A stretch of DNA of 64,000 bases from Macrostomum lignano (Eukaryota). The stretch lies in the NCBI GenBank assembly GCA_002269645.1, contig NIVC01000903.1, forward strand, positions 458,459 through 522,458, read 5' to 3'. Below, one piece after another: positions 57,901 through 64,000 of the stretch. The notes under the pieces were generated by a model. That model ran no database searches. It saw only the letters and a program-made list of their open reading frames with translations, and was not told the origin of the DNA. Position 1 is the first letter of the stretch, and every line of letters begins with the position of its first letter. The position numbers were made by a program, and so were the translations under genes.

Positions 57901-59889
57901 ACCCGCAGCTGAGCCTTCCGCTGTCAGCCAGGGCCCGACTCGGGTGCTCAACTTTCTGTACGTCGGTTCGCAAGCCGACGCTCTAGACGAGGAGGTAATC
58001 AGACGGCACGGCATCACGCACATCCTGAACGTCAGCTCCTCCTGTCCGCAGTCTCGGCACGTGTCGCCTGATAATTTTCTACGCATCTCCGTTAACGATG
58101 GTTATGTTGACAGGCTGTTGCCGCATTTTCAACAGGCGTTTCAGTTTCTTGGTGAGCAATTCTTTTCATTAACATTTTTAATGGAGTTAACGATACCTAC
58201 TAGCTCAGCGACTCTCGCGCCACGAACCCTGGTTCGATTCCTTGTGCGGCCACATCAGACGGTTAGAAAATCAGGGCCGCTGTACACATGACTCAAAAAA
58301 CTGTAATGTGACAGAGAGGCGACTGACTCTCTAGATAAACTCTAGATATAGTTTTCATAAATGCAAAATGCGATTCTTATTCATAAGTGACGCAGATGGC
58401 TTTAGACGCAACTCAGTGATTCCACAGCGACTCGGGCATGCCTCAGATCCGACTCTGCGGCCCCCCGAGTCATTATAGAAGCGCCCCAGAGTCGTTTCAG
58501 AGTCGCAGGCAATAAAACATCTCAAATTTATCTTTGACGACTACTTGGCAACTTTTACCGTGGCATCTCGTCGTTTTAGAGTTGTCTGGAGACACTTCTT
58601 TCCTAGTTTACCTGGGTTACCTGTAACGCCTTTGAAACGTTAAATGAGTGTGGCCGCGCACGCAATCGAACCCACGTACCACTGAGCTACTCCGCCCCAT
58701 CCCATAGAAAGGCTTGGCTTTCTTAGGCTCGTCTCAGTTTGCATTCGCCATTCCATCGGTCCTTCAATTCAGAAAATGTCCGCGAAACGTCCGGCCGCTG
58801 TCTCGTCCACTGCCTGGCCGGCATCTCGCGGTCGCCCACGCTGTCGATCGCCTATATTATGAAGCACAAGAAGATGTCTCATGAGGACGCCTACAAGTAG
58901 GAATTTGTTAATTATTATTATTTCAATTGTGTAATATTAGTTTCTGTAGGGAAATGTTTCATTTACTTTGCTATCCACATTTCCGCAGATTTGTCAAAGA
59001 GAAGCGAACCAACATATCGCCAAACTTTAACTTCCTGGGCCAGCTGCTTGAATTCGAAAAGCAATTGAAACGTTCGGAGAGCTTCTCCGAAGCCGCCTCG
59101 CCATCCGGCGGCGGTGGCGGCAGCGGCGGAGACGGCAGCGACTGTTGGGAGGCGAAACGACAGCGCACGACCGTTGCGAGCAGCCGCAGCCAGCCAGCGG
59201 GCTTCCTCCGGCCGCCGCCGCCTCCGCCGCTGCCAGCCTCGGCACAGAGTCCCACCACGGCGCTATCGCGGCTGTCCTTCACGCCGTGCGCCTCGGCGGC
59301 CGCCCTTCAACATCACAACCACCTGCCGGACTTTCCCGGCACCAGCCTGGAGCAGGTGGCCGTCACGCCCTGCCGGTCCGCCGCCGCTGCCACCTGCTCC
59401 GCTCCACCTACTCCGCCACCTCCGCTCACGTCGGCTCTGCCTCCGCCGCCGCCGCCTCCGGCGCCAGTTCGCACCACCAGCCGTCGAGTCAGCGGCCAAC
59501 AGGCATCGGCAGGCAGCGGATCTTCGGCAGCCTCGCCGGCAGCGTCTTCGAATAGCGGGCAAGCCAGCCGACCTCACAGCGTTGTGCTGTCGGCTGCCTC
59601 TGCCGCCGCCGCTGTTCGCAAGAGCCAATCGGAGAATCACCTGCTCAGCGAGGAGGACGATCGAAGCAGCGGCAGCAGCAGCAGTTTGGCGGCCACTTAT
59701 GCAGCGGCGGCTGCGGCGGCGGCTGCTGCGGCGGCGGCTGCAGCCGTGGCGGACGGCGGCCGGTCCCGCTCAACGGAGAACCTGGCAGCTGACGCGGCCT
59801 GCGCGGCTAGCGGCGGCAGCATGAAGTCGCTGTCTAGTAGCGCTTCTAATGGGTCCCACGGCAGTCAGGAGATTCTCACCTATTCATAG
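45922..59889 (+). CDS. DUSP16: Dual-specificity MAPK phosphatase, DUSP8/16 type; exons 45922-45987, 46189-46299, 52914-53181, 57822-58151, 58773-58896, 58989-59889 (599 codons; initiator not located)
   Basis: Rhodanese domain LLLIDCRSFLEFNTSCIRGAINVCCSRLVRKRLQQGK...VVVYDQ...LLQGGFLSF. Catalytic domain GPTRVLNFLYVGSQ, VHCLAGISRS, FVKEKRTNISPNFNFLGQLL. C-terminus GSQEILTYS resembles GSMEIIEVS. Phases 0,0,1,1,2 are all compatible. DUSP8 versus DUSP16 cannot be resolved. Confidence 0.92.
47116..47123. promoter_or_regulatory. Perfect CRE/ATF palindrome TGACGTCA in a DUSP intron
   Basis: Sequence match only. Confidence 0.35.
47385..47640. repeat. ~35-bp minisatellite (ttatgagcattttcaactgggatgatcattgctca)
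   Basis: About 7 degenerate units. Confidence 0.85.
48493..48545 (+). mobile_element. Short tRNA-like Pol III head (degenerate SINE)
   Basis: ggggccgtagtctagtg ... ggctcgattcc (A-box-like and B-box-like). Confidence 0.35.
50562..51871 (-). mobile_element. Full-length mariner transposon, 1310 bp, ~30-bp TIRs, TA TSD, antisense in DUSP intron
   Basis: ta|cgagggtcactcagaaagttcttagcttga ... tcaggctaaagactttctgagtgaccctcg|ta, with 3 mismatches between TIRs. Confidence 0.97.
50626..51687 (-). CDS. Mariner DD34D transposase, intact, 353 aa
   Basis: Two HTH regions, WIPHQL, TGDETW, HHDNASAH, HPAYSPDLAPCDFFLF; uninterrupted ORF. Confidence 0.97.
   Translation of the reverse strand: MKLENRDFRAMMYLHFKQGKSPAESYQTLQNVFTHVCPSYATVKNWFAEFRRGRESLEDEHRSGRPCDAVTPENICAVSSMIAADRRVTYQQIQQEIGIGSGSVHAIMHEHLGVRKLASRWIPHQLSEVQKDTRVAWCRFMLQKFESGTSRRIWDILTGDETWIYQYDPESKRQSAMWTFGDEDSPTKFRRSRSVGKQMVACFLMRTGYVASVSLKDRQTVTADWYTTVCLPKVFSAVSQRRPRCGMRGVLLHHDNASAHTAAPTLEFLADCGVQLMTHPAYSPDLAPCDFFLFPKCKEILKGQVFSSPEEAVNEFKNIIEELRDEDWRQCFDSWFHKMQACINAGGEYFEHL
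51945..52872. repeat. 40-bp minisatellite (tagagaggccgagtgacctagacccactgagagtgccaat)
   Basis: Tandem array running from near the mariner end to ~40 nt before the DUSP exon at 52914. Confidence 0.93.
53815..54600. repeat. Alternating 30/31-bp minisatellite (61-bp dimer)
   Basis: gtgagattttgagacttctgtgtctcacgg alternates with gtgagattttgggacctctgtgtctcattgg; each unit contains a tgaga...tctca inverted pair. Confidence 0.93.
55874..56105 (+). CDS. Candidate alternative first coding exon of the DUSP gene
   Basis: GC-rich ATG-initiated frame of 77 codons + 1 nt ending ATG G|gtaaga. This is phase 1 and matches the phase-1 acceptor at 57822. Confidence 0.6.
56340..57745. repeat. 22-bp minisatellite (agctatttcctatatcaggctt) with a 506-bp higher-order duplication
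   Basis: Identical 117-aa artefact ORFs at 56568 and 57074 (offset 506 = 23 x 22). Confidence 0.95.
58200..58253 (+). mobile_element. Compact Pol III A/B-box element, copy 1
   Basis: tagctcag...ggttcgattcc...gcggccac. Confidence 0.5.
58485..58635 (-). repeat. Dispersed ~170-bp repeat, copy 2 (DUSP intron)
   Basis: Reverse complement aligns with 8530-8705. Confidence 0.75.
58650..58690 (-). mobile_element. Compact Pol III A/B-box element, copy 2 (inverted)
   Basis: Minus strand gtagctcagtggtacgtgggttcgattgcgtgcgcggccac. Confidence 0.5.
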
Positions 59890-60030
59890 TTGATTAAACA
59901 CATTAAAGGAATGCTCGTATTCATTTATAGCTGACTTCTGTTTGCATGCGTCGGGTAAAAGTGCAAATAGAGAATATCCAGTGACGTTTGTCCTGGTTTT
60001 GCAGATTATTCATTAATATGTGAACTCTGA

Positions 60031-60036
60031 AATAAA
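60031..60036 (+). terminator. Likely poly(A) signal of the DUSP gene
   Basis: AATAAA ~140 nt after the stop at 59889, followed by T/GT-rich sequence. Confidence 0.5.
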
Positions 60037-60999
60037 AAAACTACACGCTAGGATTTGATTTATTACTGTTGTACTTTGTCGTCCGTCTCATATTTTTTGT
60101 TTGTTTCTGAACCCGGAGATGATTTCTAATGTGTTTAATATAAACCAGTGGGTGAGGTTTATCTTTGTTGTCAAGCCTAGGATACCCATTCATATTATTA
60201 TGTGTTGTGTGCTGTACCGTCTGTGATTTCTCTACCTTTTCCTTTGTCTTAACACTAAATTATTGGGTGTCTTTATTGTGTAGCAATTAGTCAGTCCAGT
60301 GCCTTGTTGGAGCTTATCTGTATGTTATGATAGCAGTACTGCAGTTGACTGGAATTCAGCAAATAGTATTAGCTTTACTCTGGTCGTGTATAAAACCGTC
60401 CCTGCATACGAACTAACTTATATTTGTAAGAGATCATTATAGCCTCTGTCGCTTTATATTTATCTGATTTTTTGTCATTTTTTAAAACGACTTGAATCAA
60501 CTTTGTTAGTCAGCCGAAACTGGCTTACTAAATTGCTACAAACTAAACAAGTGTGCTTATCGTCTCTGTCGGTTAACTTGACTTTTTAACCAGGGTACTA
60601 GTTTGACCTTAGGAGAGAGGGACAGCCGATCTTTCTCTAGTGAGTCATACACCCCTCGTCTCTAGCTGCTCTTTGAAGCCTAGATAACTAGCCAAGTTTA
60701 TAAGATATACCAACCACAAAAATGCACTCATCTACTCATTTTTTCAGTAGCAAAATTAGTGTTTTGCCTTTATAATAGTAAAATTAAAAAGTAAATTTAA
60801 CAAGATTTTGAAACTGAAACAATCACATTGGCTCTCTGCAAGCAGACCCATAATTAAATTAGCATCTTCACCGTGTTTTAAAGACTTCAGACTGACTCAA
60901 ACTCAAAATCATTTAAAAAGAAATGAATTTAAGACTGAAGAATGGAGAAAAATTTGTTAAACTCGAATCTAGTGCGTGTGCATAGTGAGCAAGAGAGAA

Positions 61000-61285
61000 A
61001 AGGGATTGCGCCCCAGCCCCCAGCCAGTCTGACTTTAACCTCTCTCCTTACTGCTTCCTCATTGGCTGACTTAGATTGGGCTTGCCCCCACCACCCGAGG
61101 CTGCTTTTCGTTCATCTGACTGTCACCTTACCGCTCTCTCATTGGCTGAGCTAGATTGGGCCTGCCTTCAGCCCTGGGCTGATTTTCGTCCGTCTGACTG
61201 TCATCTCTTTCCGCACTGCTCTCTCATTGGCTGAGCTAGATTAGGCCTTCCCCCAGCCCAATACTGATTTTCGTCCGTCTTGCGT
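61000..61285. repeat. Three ~82-85-bp units each carrying ATTGGCTGA plus a second ATTGG-like box
   Basis: ctcattggctga(c/g)(t/c)tagatt(g/a)ggc at about 61058, 61138 and 61223. Confidence 0.7.
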
Positions 61286-62639
61286 TCAATTTTGCACATC
61301 GAGTTGAATGCTTGTTGTTCATTCTTAACTTCAATATGCTCCTGAGGCCAGAAACTCGGATGAAGAAAAGGCAGTTTTAGCTGCCTCATTTAATTTTAAT
61401 GACACTGCGCAGACAAACTACTGAAAAGTAATAGACTCAACTTTTTACGAGTTTAGTTGCGAGTGATATATCCAGTTATTCTAGATTATACTGCCGAAGT
61501 AGTAATGCGGAATCTGCATTGTACGAGCTAGTAAGCGTAATCCTAAAAATGTAGCGGTACGGGGAGCTATAAATCGGTTTGTTTTAATAAAAGAGAGCTC
61601 TTTGAATTGCCATAGTTGATAAAATTGTTAATAAGTGAACAAAAAGTGAATAGATTTTTAAACACAACTTTATTAAAATTGTTGTAAAACTCCGTGTGCC
61701 TGCGTTGTGCCCCTTTGACACAGCAGCAAATCTTGTTTTGCTATATACATATATATAAAGCATGCAGACTCAGGGCCTTAGATTGCTTAACTAAATAGAA
61801 TACAGAAGATTTTCAGTAACTCCCCCCCCCTTTTGCCTGTCCCGTATCGCTATTTAAAGTAATGTATTCGTCAATAGCTAGTAGTAAGGATTTTCATCCA
61901 AGCCGAAAAAATCTCTGTGATTCTCTGCTGCTGCTTTGCGTCATTATTCTATTCTGTTAGATAGAATTTGCACCTGCACTAAGCCATGCTCGCATCACTG
62001 TCCCGGCTACTGTTTCCAGTGTTATTCTTGTCATACATTTATATATATATCGATTTCACTGTACCAGTTGGATTGTTTGATTACTTCGCTGTCTCTATCC
62101 ATCTTTCATGCCATTCTGTCAGGTATTATTACTGTCATACTTTATTTGCCTTCTCTCGTACGCCCGCCCAGCCCTCTGTCATACTCTGTCAGAATTTAAT
62201 AAATCATTCTCTGTAATCGCTGTGCTATTTAAATTACCTATCGCCTGTTTATATCTAAGCAGAGAGTGGACTCTGCCGCTATAATAACTATATTATTTCT
62301 ATTAGTCATTCTACCGGTAGATGTAACCGGTATTTTGCCACTTGCGCTCATTGGCGTCATTAAGTTTAATAAAGCATAGCAGCGGCAGCACAGTACTGCA
62401 TAAAATATGTAGTTTAAGGTACGTCTATCTAGTAACTAAATATATTGCATAGAAATTTACTCCCCCGCTGCTCAAACTTTTTAGCACTTTTAAGCACAGT
62501 GAATAATAAATATTGACTTGGGGTTTTTTGCTAACAAAAATGTTTTTTTTGGATTAACAATTGTTTATCTAAGGGACAATTGCGCTTAACAAATGCATGT
62601 ACACACATTGTACCTTGAATCGCCCCTCAACAGTAAATT

Positions 62640-63592
62640 AAAATCGCTCATCAACAACAGTACGTCAGAATCGCTCATAAACAAGAGTACATCAGAATCG
62701 CTCATCAACAACAGTACATCAGAATCGCTCATAAACAAGAGTACATCAGAATCGCTCATCAACAACAGTACATCAGAATCGCTCATCAACAACAGTACAT
62801 CAGAATCGCTCATCAACAACAGTACATCAGAATCGCTCATAAACAAGAGTACATCAGAATCGCTCATCAACAACAGTACATCAGAATCGCTCATAAACAA
62901 GAGTACATCAGAATCGCTCATCAACAACAGTACATCAGAATCGCTCATCAACAACAGTACATCAGAATCGCTCATCAACAACAGTACATCAGAATCGCTC
63001 ATCAACAACAGTACATCAGAATCGCTCATCAACAACAGTACATCAGAATCGCTCATAAACAAGAGTACATCAGAATCGCTCATAAACAAGAGTACATCAG
63101 AATCGCCATCAAGAACAACACATCAGAATCGCTCATCAGCAGCACATCAGAATCGCTCATCAACAGCACATTAGAATCGCCGTCAACAACAGTACATCAG
63201 AATCGCTCATAAACAAGAGTACATCAGAATCGCCCATCAACAACAGCACATTAGAATCGCCATCAAGAACAACACATCAGAATCGCTCATCAGCAGCACA
63301 TCAGAATCGCTCATCAGCAGCACATCAGAATCGCTCATCAGCAGCACATCAGAATCGCTCATCAGCAGCACATTAGAATCGCTCATCAACAGCACATCAG
63401 AATCGCCCCTCAACAACAGCACATTAGAATCGCCGTCAACAACAGTACATCAGAATCGCTCATCAACAACAGTACATCAGAATCGCTCATAAACAAGAGT
63501 ACATCAGAATTGCCCATCAACAACAGCATATTAGAATCGCCATCAAGAACAACACATCAGAATCGTCCATCAGCAGCACATCAGAATCGCTA
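62640..63592. repeat. 27-bp minisatellite (catcagaatcgctcatcaacaacagta) with shorter variants
   Basis: Produces the NNSTSESLI and MSDSDVLL artefact ORFs. Confidence 0.95.
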
Positions 63593-64000
63593 GAACTGTT
63601 GCTAACAGTACTGTTGTTGGTTGCTACTGGTAACATACCCAAAAAGGGAATGGCCCATAGGCGGCCTCTTAAAATGCATGTCAACAGTGCTTAGAATTGC
63701 TTGACTCACGGAAGGCCCTCTAGCTCGCCAAGATTTGATTAGAATCCAGGCAGCACTGGTCGCACTTTTTAAAAAAATCCCACCCAGTTTTTCATTGCCG
63801 CTCCATTATCCGACTGAAAGCTTTTTAGTCTCTGTTTTTCCCTATGGGAGTCGCTTCCCCGCGTCCTCAACAGCCCAATGCAAAGGATGAAAGTCATAAA
63901 TATTACAGTAGTTGTACTGCGGGCGATAGATTTATGAATCGGCGGCCTCTGCTGCTCCTCATTTTTCGCTCCTCAGGACGAATTTCAAGTGGGCTCCATC

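Noticed and set aside
18045-58690. tRNA-like A/B-box segments as real tRNA genes
   Set aside because: No complete cloverleaf or acceptor stem could be built, so they are treated as SINE-type relics.
2660-59824. Overlapping or antisense ORFs over GC-rich exons (e.g. 2660..3229, 19035..19823, 23350..23796, 59114..59824)
   Set aside because: These are shadows of GC-rich coding sequence with no recognisable domains.
12923-62640. Regularly spaced 23-40-bp repeats resembling CRISPR arrays
   Set aside because: Units are directly adjacent with no unique spacers, there are no cas genes, and the context is eukaryotic.
1618-63422. Long repetitive ORFs (NPNLN, NTESTDC, SIYL, YLPT, VTNSAPNS, ISGLAISYIRL, NNSTSESLI, MSDSDVLL)
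   Set aside because: They are translations of tandem repeats whose unit length is a multiple of 3 or lacks stops. They are open on both strands and lie in introns or spacers.

Overview
Eukaryotic (metazoan) genomic DNA, not prokaryotic: spliceosomal introns, GC-rich exons, AT-rich spacers, and many locus-specific mini/microsatellites. The style suggests a free-living flatworm such as Macrostomum, but that is inference and needs a database check. Seven protein genes lie on the minus strand: a LOTUS/Tudor germ-granule-type protein, PSMD3, LMBR1-like, ZRANB2, a short and a long COX7A-family paralogue in tandem, and DCAF6. One gene, a DUSP8/16-type MAPK phosphatase, lies on the plus strand. I rebuilt exon structures by hand from splice sites and reading phase. 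Mobile DNA includes an intact mariner with TIRs and TA TSD, a decayed mariner, a fold-back mariner MITE, a MITE with an 8-bp TSD, tRNA-like SINE heads and a CORE-SINE-like segment. The most interesting signals are at the DUSP locus. (i) A candidate internal first exon would replace the rhodanese docking domain with a linear D-motif-like peptide. (ii) At least 13 AP-1 heptamers occur across the locus. (iii) The first recognisable coding exon has no ATG, which would fit an AUG donated by a flatworm spliced leader. Also notable are the long/short COX7A pair sharing a 98%-identical core and an operon-like co-oriented gene run. All counts were made by eye and are lower bounds.
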